This document shows, piece by piece, positions 38,842 through 50,096 of a stretch of DNA of 64,000 bases. The position numbers were made by a program, and so were the translations under genes. A model generated the notes under the pieces. That model did no database searches. It had not been told where the DNA came from and saw nothing but the letters and a program-made list of their open reading frames with translations. The stretch is taken from contig CM120642.1 of assembly GCA_051362555.1 (NCBI GenBank), positions 10,168,001 to 10,232,000 of the forward strand, in the 5' to 3' direction. The stretch is from Lingula anatina. Its lineage: Eukaryota > Animalia > Brachiopoda. The first letter of the stretch is position 1; each line of letters starts with the position of its first letter.

Positions 38842-39277
38842 CACGTGCAACACGTATAGCCTAAGATAGGGGCCAGCCGAGGGATGAAGGTAATTCCATA
38901 CAAATATTCTGGCTCACATTGCAGAAAAGTAGATAGAATTAACAAGAGACTAATTTGTTAATATAGTGAAAAATCAATCTGTGGCATGGGTAGAGGGAAC
39001 GTTGAGTACAGTTGTGAGTAATACCAGTACCAGGCTACATCTAATCTTCAGTACTACTAGGTGCAGGCCACTGATAATCAGGCTTAAATCTACTATTTTC
39101 AGGAAAATATAAAACCAAAGTCGCGTTCTCCGCCATGTGTACTACTAATCTGATAAACGACAACGCCGCTGCTGATCTTACATTTCAAAAGACCCTGACA
39201 AATCTTGGACGAGGCTTCGATGACGTCTCCTCATTCCATGCACCGGTCGACGGAACCTACTTCTTCACTTTCGCTAT
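38700..39277 (+). pseudogene. C1q-domain pseudogene, C1q-2a (start codon lost, 3' half deleted)
   Basis: The ATG region is deleted near 38654 (gaatttg|caaattt); exon 1 remnant to 38757; exon 2 from 39103 breaks off after GTYFFTFA at 39277, where the sequence jumps to the equivalent of 57401. Confidence 0.85.
38768..38839. repeat. (CT)n(CA)n microsatellite in C1q intron
   Basis: Present with different lengths in all five C1q introns (~25240, 38768, 39890, 54758, 58010). Confidence 0.9.
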
Positions 39278-39631
39278 AAACTGATTGCATTAAGCGACAG
39301 TCACTAGAGGAGTTGGATCGATAAACGTGCACCACTTGTGTCAATGAAAATAAGCCCTATATTCGCTTGTTCACATCAGTTAGCTTTATAAATTAAATAA
39401 TGTTGTTATCCTATACTATAAGGCCAACAGGATACAGATTTAAAAAGATTTCATATTATTGTGAGTCATGGTTATTATTACTTGTTATCTTCAAATTTGC
39501 TGCATCTGGAAATAAAATAAACATGTTTTGTCTAGATAGCAATGACAACATTCAATTTAGCTATTTCGACGCCAAACCGCGGTTCTATCAAGGCTATTTT
39601 TTGTAACGTGAAAGGACAGATAACAAGGGTT

Positions 39632-39708
39632 TATTGGACCACAATTGCTTGCTAGTGTAAAAAGGGCTAATGTCACCTTCAAATATCCTTGTCTGTGTAG
39701 TATAAATC
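39632..39708 (+). promoter_or_regulatory. Putative C1q-3a promoter (inverted CCAAT + TATAAA)
   Basis: ATTGG at ~39633 and TATAAAT at 39701, ~60 bp before the ATG. The same motifs occur at ~57756 and ~57824 for C1q-3b. Confidence 0.5.
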
Positions 39709-39762
39709 ATTTCATTAGACGTTCACGACAACACAGTTGAATTTGTTTACAAACGCTGCACG

Positions 39763-39913
39763 ATGCAATTTGTAGCAATCAGCTTCGTCTTGGCAAGTTT
39801 TATCTGCCTTATGGTAGATGCAGAAGAAAGTCAGTGTCCCACTCCAACCTGTCACATCACCTATCCAGGTACATGTAAGACAATCTTTCTCTCATTCTCT
39901 CTCTATCTCTCTA

Positions 39914-39951
<38 letters not shown>

Positions 39952-40616
39952 GCTCATGCGCGTGCAGCAAGTATTCTATAAAATAGGGGCCAGCAGAGGG
40001 ATGAAAGTAATTCCGCATATAAACCGCTCACAGTACAGAAAGTTGGATAGAATTAACAAGAGACAAAGTTGTGAAAATGTAGTGTAAACTTGATCAATCT
40101 GAGGCACTGGTAGAGGGAACGTTGAGTACAGTTGTGAGTAATATCAGTACTGAGTACCAGGCTAGATCTAATCTTCAGCACTACCAGGTGTAGGCCACTA
40201 GCAAGCAGGTTTTACTATTTTCAGGAAAAACCAAAGTTGCATTCTCCGCCATGTCTACTTCAATTGTGAGAAACCGCAACGCCGCTGTCGATCTGGCGTT
40301 TCAAAAGACCCTGACAAATCTTGGACGAGGCTTCGATGACGTCTCCTCATTCCGTGCACCGGTCGACGGAACCTACTTCTTCACTTTCGCTATTCACAGC
40401 GGTGTCAAGAGTGCTAGAGTGTACCTGCGCACCAATGCCGGCTATGTGAATGAAGCATTTGGGTCCGCGGGCTATCATACCTCGACCAACCAGGCCATAC
40501 TACGTCTGCAGAAGGGAGACAGGGTGTGGCTCCAACAGCAACCGAATGGAGCTACGATTAGCCTTCCAGAGCACATTCATGTCTCGTTTAATGGATTCCT
40601 TTTGTATGAAGATTAA
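39763..40616 (+). CDS. Secreted globular C1q-domain protein, C1q-3a (165 aa, intact)
   Basis: Exon 1 39763-39868 (MQFVAISFVLASFICLMVDAEESQCPTPTCHITYP), phase-1 GT-AG intron, exon 2 40225-40616 (GKTKVAFSA...SFNGFLLYED*). No Gly-X-Y collagen repeat. Confidence 0.92.
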
Positions 40617-43266
40617 CAGGCACGTAAACAAGCAGAAGATGGCGTGCGCAATTGCAAGTTCACACATACACGCACGTTCACACACGCGCGCACACATAAA
40701 CACACATTAGCACACGCAAACACACACGCAAAATCACATGAACTGTATTATGTCACGAAAATAGGAACGATAAAAAGAACTGCTGAATATACTCACTAAT
40801 GATTAAAATGTATCCGTCTACCAAATAACTATTTCATAAAACTGGAATATATTATTCTACTTCTACTTCTCTCTACTTTTTAGAATGCATTTCCATGAAT
40901 ATAATGGTTATCATGTACTCTTTTCCCGTTAACGACTTCTAGGACTACTTGTTGTACGATATTTTTATCCGCAATAAAATGATGCATAAAACGGTACTTC
41001 GATTGCCTTTGTTCCTAAGGCTTTTCAATAAATTGTTGATAGATGAAATAATATCATCTACCAAGTCCAATAAATAAGATGTGATTAAAGGCTGGAGCGT
41101 AAATATCACAACCGAGCTACATGCTGCAATGTACGAGTGACTGGAGCAGATTGCGGTAGGAGTGCCCATTGTGTTTTTCATTTCAAAAACGGGTTTGCCT
41201 CATCGGATGTGTCGACCGTAGCGTTCTTATTTATTCATTTTTCTTTCTTTCTTTTTTTTTTTTTTTTTTTTTGGCTTTTTGTAGGATGGGATAGTACAGT
41301 TCATATCATGGATACTGAATTTTTCTTTTACACTATTCATAACAAATGCTTTCAATGGATGCCTATAGTTGTACATTGTACAATAAATACAGTGCAAAAT
41401 GAAAAAAAAACATACTGTAGCATTGGTATATACACTGTATTAGCATATGTAAGATAGATAGTTCCATGGCGCCCAAGATATGTTATTATATCATATCATA
41501 TGAAACATATGATATGTTATTATATCATATGTTTCATAATCTTAAAATTATATATTTATTTCTCACTACAAAATAAAAAAAAATTGTCATTTTCAATGTT
41601 GTCTAGTTTTTTGTTCATGAAGAATAAATATTTGTCATATATGTTAATTTGGTGTTGTTTTGTTGTTGATTTTTATTTTATAAAGAATCAGTTAAGATTT
41701 GAAGCAAAAGTTGACCGTTACATTGAGTAGGGTTTTAAAAAGAAGAAAATGTAAATACATACACTGCAACCACAGAAAACTTGTTTTAAGGTCTTTTATT
41801 GAAGTCCAAATTTCATTAAAATATCAGGTTTTTCCTGAAACTGTTGCTTCAATTAAATTATTTAAAATTCGTTTAAATTGTACAGTTAAATGTTTATTAA
41901 ATCTGCCTACATGTACGTGTGATACATGTACTTTGAGCCAATGGAAATTTCTGAAGTATACCTAATATTTTTCTTTTTAAATCTGATACAATATCATAGA
42001 AATCAAGGTGTCATTTTATGAGATAATGTTGTCGCTTTAAAATACATTGGGGTGAATTTGCTAACTCCAACTGATGACTTTAATAGTTCTAAAGTCTATT
42101 TAATCAAAATAATCAGTAAATAGTACAGACGGTGCCAGGAAATTTGATATTATAAATACTACAGTAGTAAAGAGGCGATATAATGCGGGCTCATCTCTCA
42201 TAAACTAAAAATTGTAAGACCAGACACTGCAGCTAGATTGCAGTTCAAACCCTGGTCGTCAGTCATGCCAATGACCATTATAACCAGTTTATTTAATTAG
42301 TAATCGAAACTTTATTTACTGCCTTACACACATTCTTTTGGGTATTAGATAAACCTTCAGTGTTCAGTGACTAAATTAATTAACATTTATACATAAGTCA
42401 TCTTACGGGTGATGTCATAATTGCAATTTTGGAGTAAGAACTGAAAAATCGGTATCTCAAATTTCTCTTTTACCTGATCCGCGATCACTGTTTTTAAACG
42501 TTAAAACGCCAATTTAATGACACTATTTACCGGCCTTATAAACGGATTACGCGACTATTAACACTACCCGCAGATCTTTTAGTACAAACAGTAATATTAA
42601 CCACAAAGCACACGAATTTACCAGTACACCGTACAATTATTTAGCACCAACAACGCGATTCCTAGCACTAACATTCATCTGCTCTGGTAGTGCTGGTTAA
42701 TTTCTGGGTTAGGTGGTTAATATGTGTGTTAGTGCTAAAAGATCTGAGGGTAGTGTTAGTAAACGCCCAGTCCGTTTATAACGTCTGATTTAGTCTTCTA
42801 AATCCCTGCCAGCGATTTTTCTTGAAAGTCTTAGTTAATATTAAAGCAAAATAATGCCTTTGTTTGATGAAAATCTCAAAAACATTTAAACCAAAATGGC
42901 GGCACGGTATTGTAGCTAACACTCGTGGTAAACTCCGCCAATTTTCGTGATGAAAATCTTGTTCAAGGATAAGTTATGCCCCATACCGATTGCTTTCTCA
43001 CCTCAAAATAGAAAGGTTTTTAATTGACGATTAAAGCACTGAGCTGCCTAGGTTTATACATTGCAACGAGAAATATAAAGGCCGATATTTCATATTTTCG
43101 AGTTTTTTTATCAGTACAAAGATAGATGCTTTACTGATTAATAAGATAGAGGAAACCTCATTTTCGGTATCTGGATGATAATCAAGGGTTACTATATCCT
43201 TAATGAATGCACCACTACTGGCATAAACTGAAATGAATAAAACAATATATAAAGATATCTGCACAT

Positions 43267-46200
43267 TTAGATGTACATATAATTGATGAAAATTGCTATC
43301 AAAGCCTGCCAGAACATAAGATTGACTTGGACTGGAGAGAGAGATGTTGGGATACCGGCACTCTTTTTTCCAGACGAGATCGCACTTAAGGAGTTGCGGT
43401 ATCTCATAAAATTGACGTTAAAATTAATTTTGAAATAAATCTGACGGTGAGATTTTACTTTGACTTCATCCACAAAGCCCTCGAACAATCGATCGGCGTC
43501 GCTCACACGATGAACGCCCTGCTTAAGTCTTATCGGTATAACGATGGTGATATTACCCCTCTCATCTCGGGGTAGTGTGCACCAATCTCCTTCTATCCCT
43601 TCTTCTGAAAGCACCCACGCGCCACGTGGTGAAAAGCTAGATAAGTCTCCCCCACTAAAAAACTTGAAGCCAAGAGTGCAGAGTGCCAAAAACTCACATG
43701 GTCTCTTAATGGGCTCTATAGGACTGAGTTGGATACTTAATTTGAATGTCAAGTTAATGATAAGATCGAGGGGGAGAGAGCACCACTTTACATCCGCTGG
43801 ACATTCTTCGGACTGCTTACAGGCATCCTAAAATACAATCCAAATTGTACAGGTCATAAAAACGAATTAGGCTTTCCTAATTTCGAGCCTCGGGTTCGTG
43901 ATCGCAAATGACGAATTATTGGCTCAAACTGCGATATCATGCCACGAACGTAAATTTAGTGGGCGCGAGCACCGCGATACAAATCGCGAATCTTTTGGGT
44001 ACCTGTTCGGTACGTTCCGCATGTACGGATTGGGGGTTGAGAAAAAGAACCCTATGTAAATAGCTAGAGACCCGGATGAATGCTGGCTTTTATGTACATG
44101 GGGTACATGTGATGCCAGCGACCACTTATTATACATTCACGCCATGACATCGCGATTTAAGTATTTAATTCGTTCGCGATAACAAATCCCAGGTTCGAGA
44201 GCGCAAACGGCATTTACCGTTTATGAGGCGTGTGCTAGTGGAAAAATATCAGGCCTACCCAACTACCAGACTCGACACCGAATGATCTTGAATTCACCGG
44301 TAGTTGGGACCACACTACCCGTTTCAAGGTATGCGTCAGTACGAGCTTCGAAGTATCCGACGCGACACCGCTCCTGCCTAACCGATGCGATAGCGATGAT
44401 TCTGAGCGGGGTTGGAAAGTAGTGCATCTCATCTCATTTCAAAATTTGTTCCGGGGTATATGATACTGTGAAATTCGTACTGACGCACAACTTCAAAACG
44501 GGTAGTGTGGTCCGATCTACCGGTGAATTCGGGATCATTCGGTGCCGAGTCTGGTAGTTGGGTAGGCCTGAATATGTATAAAACATTTTAAACTACAGGT
44601 ACATTTTCCTGTGCGTGGTACGGCCAGCGTGCTAATAGGTTGCCGTTATAAGTCAAATTTGACAATTCAATGAAATGATGAAATAGAATGACAACTTTCT
44701 ACATTACTCACTTTAATTTACCATACTTGGAGGCTCACTAGGGGAACATATACAAATGATAACATATAACAAAATGGAAAAAAATCCCTACATTAGATAC
44801 AATAACAGACTCCCCTTAAAAATTCTTCTAGAATTTTCTGTAAAGGTAACCCAACTACCAATGGATTCATGTACCAGAATAAAGACAACACTGCAAATAT
44901 GAAGAATATGAACTCTTCAGATGATATATTCGAAGTGTTATTTTCGTTTATATTTCAGGTTTCAACTATATTTTAATGTGGCGCAAATGAGTTAAAGAAT
45001 TATGCATGCTTACGCGAGTCCAAGTTTCCTGGCAGCGTGCCTCTCTGTGATAATCAATTAAAGCAGAAAGGCCATGTGGTTCAAACCCCTTCCTCTCTAG
45101 TTCGTCTGGAGGTTGAAAGGTCAAGTATTAGGTGCACAAAAAATGATGTGCAAAATAATCGTCCTAATAAATCGATAAGTTAATAGAATTTTATCTAACT
45201 ATACCAAACACTGAGAATAAAATCGGAGTCCAAGTGACTCCAAACTTGGAGTCCAGCAGTGGTGCCTAAAATAACTCCCAATTGGAGTCAAGTTGACACC
45301 AATGGAGTAATGCCATTCCAGACCCCACAGGTGGGTCACAATTGACTCCATTCACACATCCCTTCATCCCTTGATATATCTCTACAAAAGAGACATGACG
45401 CCATACTAAGGAATTTTTTACTCCTTGGGACATCACGAACAAAAAACATCAACAATAGTACCAAGGGGAGAGACAGCAAGCATCATTGACTCCAGACTGT
45501 TGTGTCCCCGGACGGGTTCGAACCCACGTTATCCTGTCCCACAGGCGGACACTCTAACCACTCGACCATGCGGTCACATGTGGTATGAAAGGAGCAATAA
45601 CAAACAGTTTGTAAATCTGGTAATAAACAGTATGACACACACACAAACACACACACACATATATATATACACCACAAATATACCAATGAGTGAGCATACC
45701 TCTCCACTGACATGACACTGACAACCTGGAAACAAAACCTGCTGACCTGTATACCAACATACCACATAAGGGTGTGGCAACTGAAAGCCCGGGCCAGTAA
45801 TAAGTGCACGAGATCTGCATGCAGAAACACACTGAAAACCACTTGTCCATGCATAAAACCAACTATGGTCAATAAAGTAATGTTTATACTGACAAAGCAA
45901 GATGAAAACTGTTCTCTCCACGCCGTCTGCTCACTGCCATCACAAGTAATGAAACGAAGCTTACTGTCCAGCGAGCGAAACAAGTCGGTGAAAGGGGTCA
46001 GCCAGACACTGGCCACCGATAATTTGACTCTGATTTTAGAGTCAGATTGACTCCATGAGAGCCAGGGGGTGATTGACTTTGATAAGAGAGTCTAAAGCTC
46101 TGGTAGTGGGGTAATTTGACCCTTATATAGGAGTCAAATTAACTCCATGAGGGTCAAGGGGTGCTGGACTCTGACTAGAGAGTCAAATGACTCCAATTTT

Positions 46201-47558
46201 ATTCTCAGTGAACATTGTGATTGTGAATGGGGTCGCTAAGTCAGTTACTTTAAGATCAAAACAGTTGGAAAGCGTATTTAAAATAATAATAATGGATCAT
46301 AAACAAAAAGCAGGTAAGAATATTATGACACAATTTCTCTTTCTTTTTGGTAATGGCCTCAATAAAAATAACAAACGTATGATCAAGATGGCTTACCATT
46401 TTCATTACACTTTTGAATGCTTGGGATAGTAATCCGTGGCAGGCGACAAAGCCAACAGTAAATATTTCGACCATAAGAGTATCCATGGGGTCCTGCAAAA
46501 TAAGTCACGGACACGGGTCCGTAATTACAAAGACGCGAGGACTCAGCGTCGGCTCTGTTTGGACATATCCCGTCAACCGTCCCACTCAGTGGTTCGTGCA
46601 CCCCTCCAGGGCCTATGCAAGGGCGCCCTGGGTACTGTTCCGGAGCATCAAAGAGCACCATGCAATCTGGTGTCAAATGAATCTGCTCCAAAAGTCCGGC
46701 AACGGTCTTAACGTCTTTGAAAACTTCTATTTTTGACTTCTGACAAACAATCTTGGGTTTCCATGCTTTGTGTGACATCGCTTTGTGACATTCTGCACAG
46801 AAAGCGTTTTTAAATGTGACATTTGCCTTTGTTGATGAGACGGGCAATAAAACATTAATGTCAGTGGACCAACCATTGAACTCGCATTTCTTTCGAACAG
46901 CTTCATCACTCCAGTGACTTGGACATGAAGACACGACCCAATAGAATTTACTGTCATCGTCAGCGATTTCTCTGGATGCCTGTAACCAACACTTTGTATC
47001 ATTTTTCTGTACTTCAAAGCTCGTGACTCTGGTGTCGTTGCAAAAGCGGTCATATGGCCAACAACAATCACCAAACACGTTACACAAGTCGTCGCAGAAA
47101 CAAGTTACGAGGACGACATCATTGGTCAAGCTGTCTTGAAGTCTAGCACAAAACGGGGTGTTAACTGTTACGTTCAACAGCATCAGTTCTCTCTGTGAAT
47201 ACAGCATTGAAAAAGTTGAACCAACCTGGTCTAGTTTGGGTGTTGGGTTAAATGAATGTTCTTGAGAATCGTGACCAGTGCTTCTTTGGTCTGTGATTAT
47301 GGGGTTGTCACTTTCGGTGACCACTGGAGGGCCGGTTTGGTCTCTGGTGCTTTCGTGTCTAGGTCGAGTCGTTCTCAACTGGTTGTCGCGACTGCTGACG
47401 GTTTCAGGAGAAAACAAAGTTGTAGACGTGACAGTGGCGGAGTTACTTATTGACCTAGGGTTTCTTTGCTTTGGCACACCGGCTGCATGCCCATCATTAA
47501 AACTTTTTGAACTGACCAAAAAATACAAAACCATCGCCAAAAGCATTACGACCTTCAT
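43267..47558 (-). CDS. Predicted GPI-anchored Cys-rich protein with SMB-like motif, copy A4 (604 aa, 3 exons; likely chimeric)
   Basis: Exons 47558-46397, 45105-45014 and 43827-43267. Exon 1 is almost identical to A3, while exons 2-3 match A5. Confidence 0.88.
44250..44570. mobile_element. Same MITE in A4 intron 2
   Basis: aatat|CAGGCCTACCCAACTACCAGACTC ... GAGTCTGGTAGTTGGGTAGGCCTG|aatat. Confidence 0.88.
45209..46210. mobile_element. Non-autonomous CACTG-type (EnSpm/CMC-like) element in A4 intron 1
   Basis: aa|CACTGAGAATAAAAT ... ATTTTATTCTCAGTG|aa: 2-bp TSD and many subterminal ggagtca/tgactcc motifs. Absent in A1-A3. Confidence 0.8.
45503..45575 (-). pseudogene. tRNA-like sequence (pseudo-tRNA or SINE head) inside the CACTG element
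   Basis: A box TGGTCGAGTGG, B box GGTTCGAACCC, stem TGTCC-7nt-GGACA. The acceptor stem pairs poorly. Second copy at ~63645-63717. Confidence 0.6.
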
Positions 47559-47602
47559 GTTTGATTACCCTCTTTTCTCTAATGCTCTGCTATGGTATTT
47601 TG

Positions 47603-47744
47603 TTTATATACTTGCTGGCGCATACGTGTTTTTGGAAGATGGCTGGTATCGTCGTTTTGTTTAGAGGTTTAGAATTGCCGTCTCACAAAGATGAATGATT
47701 TGAACCAATCAGGAAGAGCAAGACAAATGGTTTAAGCCAATCAG
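47603..47744 (-). promoter_or_regulatory. Putative core promoter of A4
   Basis: Identical to the A3 promoter; CCAATCAG at 47705 and 47737. Confidence 0.6.
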
Positions 47745-48454
47745 AAACATACCTGTAATACCGCACACTCATATAATTGTTAAGACAACTTTTGGATGTC
47801 TGCGATCTTCTAGTATCAAAACTCAAATTTTTTGTGATTTTATTAGTTTTCTTCGAAAGACAGGATGTAAACAGGGAAAGTAAAAGATTTGGAAACGTGG
47901 CTTCACTAGAAAAGCGAATTTTAAGGATATTTTCAACCTTCGCCCCAAACTCCTTATTTTCTGCCTTACATACATTACTTGGGTAATAAATTAATCTTCA
48001 GTATGCAGTGACTAAATTGATTAACATTTATACATATGTCATCATACGTCATAATTGCAATTTTGGGGTAAGAACTGAAACATCGGTTTCTCAAATTTCT
48101 CTTTTACCTGATCACCCACGATCACCGTTTTAACGCCGAAGTAATGACACCATTTAGTACCCTAAAACCCTGACAGCGATTTTTCTTAAAAGTCTTAGTT
48201 CATATTTTATCGTCGAAAATGGAAAATAACGCCTTCTTTTAATGAAAGTCTGTAATAAGGGGCTCATTACTCCATAACAAAGACATTTAAACCAAAATTA
48301 CGGCACGGGATTGTCGCCTATATTCTCTTGGTCACCTCTGCTAATTCTCGTGATAATTGGGGATTGAAGTTTTTCCCCATACCGATTGCTATCTCACCTC
48401 GAAATAGAAAGGTGTTTAACTGAAGATTAAAGCTTTGAGTTGCCCAAGCTTATA

Positions 48455-50096
48455 CAGACTTGACATTTAATATGGAATTCGAAGGTGTGCCAAGGTAGAA
48501 ATGCGTTCTTTTTTCTAAAAACTGATATCTCATATAAGATATGTGAATGGAGAAATGTGTAGTCAGGTGTGTCGCTTCCAATTAACTGAATACCAGGTTT
48601 GTTACGCTGCTGCATTATGTAATATGAAGTAATTTAATTGGGTAGTGCTCCTTTGGGCAGGTCAAAGCATGGCTTTGGCAAAGCACGGTTCTGTCAAAAA
48701 AGTATCCATATGTCGGCAACTACTGCATAGAAGAATTTGAAATTTTGCATGCAAGTGGTCGGTTTTGCAGTGTGTAAAATGAGCTATGCAGTGCTTTGCA
48801 AGTTTGTTAATCTGGGGCAAAATGGCACGAAAAAGACAGACATTGCCAGACAGTTAATTGCGCCAAACGAAACGGTCCGCACAGTTTTATAGAATAATGC
48901 CCAGACTGATGTACCTACATAGAGGCCACACCCAATGTATTAAAATCTTACCACCAGAGTACAGGACCCACTGTCTTTCAGGATATGCCGTTGCAACTAA
49001 ACAAAAACCACCCAGTCCGTTCAGAATGAGGGGTAAATTGCCACCAAAACGCATTTTTCAAGGCCCTTAGCGAACACCAAACTGTTTTTTGCAGGTTAGA
49101 ATACCAGACGACCTCCGAGGAACCCACTGTAAACAGCAAAACATCGTTGTATGTTTCTCTAATGAATTAGGGACCATGACCGTTTCTGGGTTGAACACTG
49201 AAACCTCGTGGCTTTCTTTATTGAGGTCAGATTTCACCTGTACCGCTCAACTAGTCAAAACAGAGTTTACAGACATCCAGAAGAGGCCAACGACGAAGAG
49301 TGTGCCGCCTCTAAAGTGACTTAGGTCATTAACAGCGTCAGTATTTGAAGTGGATACCACATTGGTGCCAAAACACCAATGGCAGTCATCGACGAAAACC
49401 TGAACCAGATTAAATAAAGGAATAATCTGGGAACCACTTGACTATCATTTGATAGGGGGCACCTTAAGAACAATTTTAGGTTGTAGGGTGGGATTGCCGG
49501 TTCACACAGAGCACTTTTAATAACAGATTACTTAGAGAACCAAGGGAATGAACAGCTACCTTGGTCATCAAAACCGCCATATTTGAACCACGTAGACAAT
49601 ATGTGGGTAGGCCATTACTCGCCAAATGAATGGCCTACATGTCCTACAACAAAACTGGGCCAAATTGGACAGATTTCGACCGATGCCTGGAATGTTATTC
49701 CAGATTGAACTCTAAAGACATTTCCCAAGGAATGCCTTGTCGCTTGAGAGCGCTGGTAGCAGCCAGAAAAGGTCAGGCGTAACAGCGACTGTTACTGTGA
49801 CTAGACACTGACATGAAGGTCTTTTGTGGAGCGTGTAACTCTTTTACAGACAATAATTTGGAAAATATGGAGTTCTAAAATATCTCATTTAATGGTTGCC
49901 GTATGAAGTAGAAAAGGCAATGTGTTTTTGTTTGCTTCTCTGGCGAATTCCATTAATGAACTGATGTCACAATGACATCAAAGAGATAATTAAAAGTTAT
50001 TAGAACACGATTTTAATCCTTATTTTCATTTATCAGTCAGTAAAAACTGATGAAAAATGATTTGGAAAAAATATTCCATATTAAATGTCAAGTCTG
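48455..50096 (+). mobile_element. Degenerate Tc1/mariner transposon (copied by segmental duplication)
   Basis: Near-identical to 32729-34379 with the same flanks; 9-bp deletion at the inner edge of the left TIR. Confidence 0.9.

Larger units (their letters stand above)
30710..46430. repeat. Segmental tandem duplication, unit 1
   Basis: 30.7-39.28 kb matches 46.4-55.24 kb (offset ~15.7-16.0 kb). 39.28-45.76 kb matches 57.40-63.93 kb (offset ~18.1 kb). Confidence 0.9.

Noticed and set aside
45503-45575. Functional tRNA gene
   Set aside because: Poor acceptor-stem pairing, non-canonical anticodon loop that differs between the two copies, and it lies inside a transposon.
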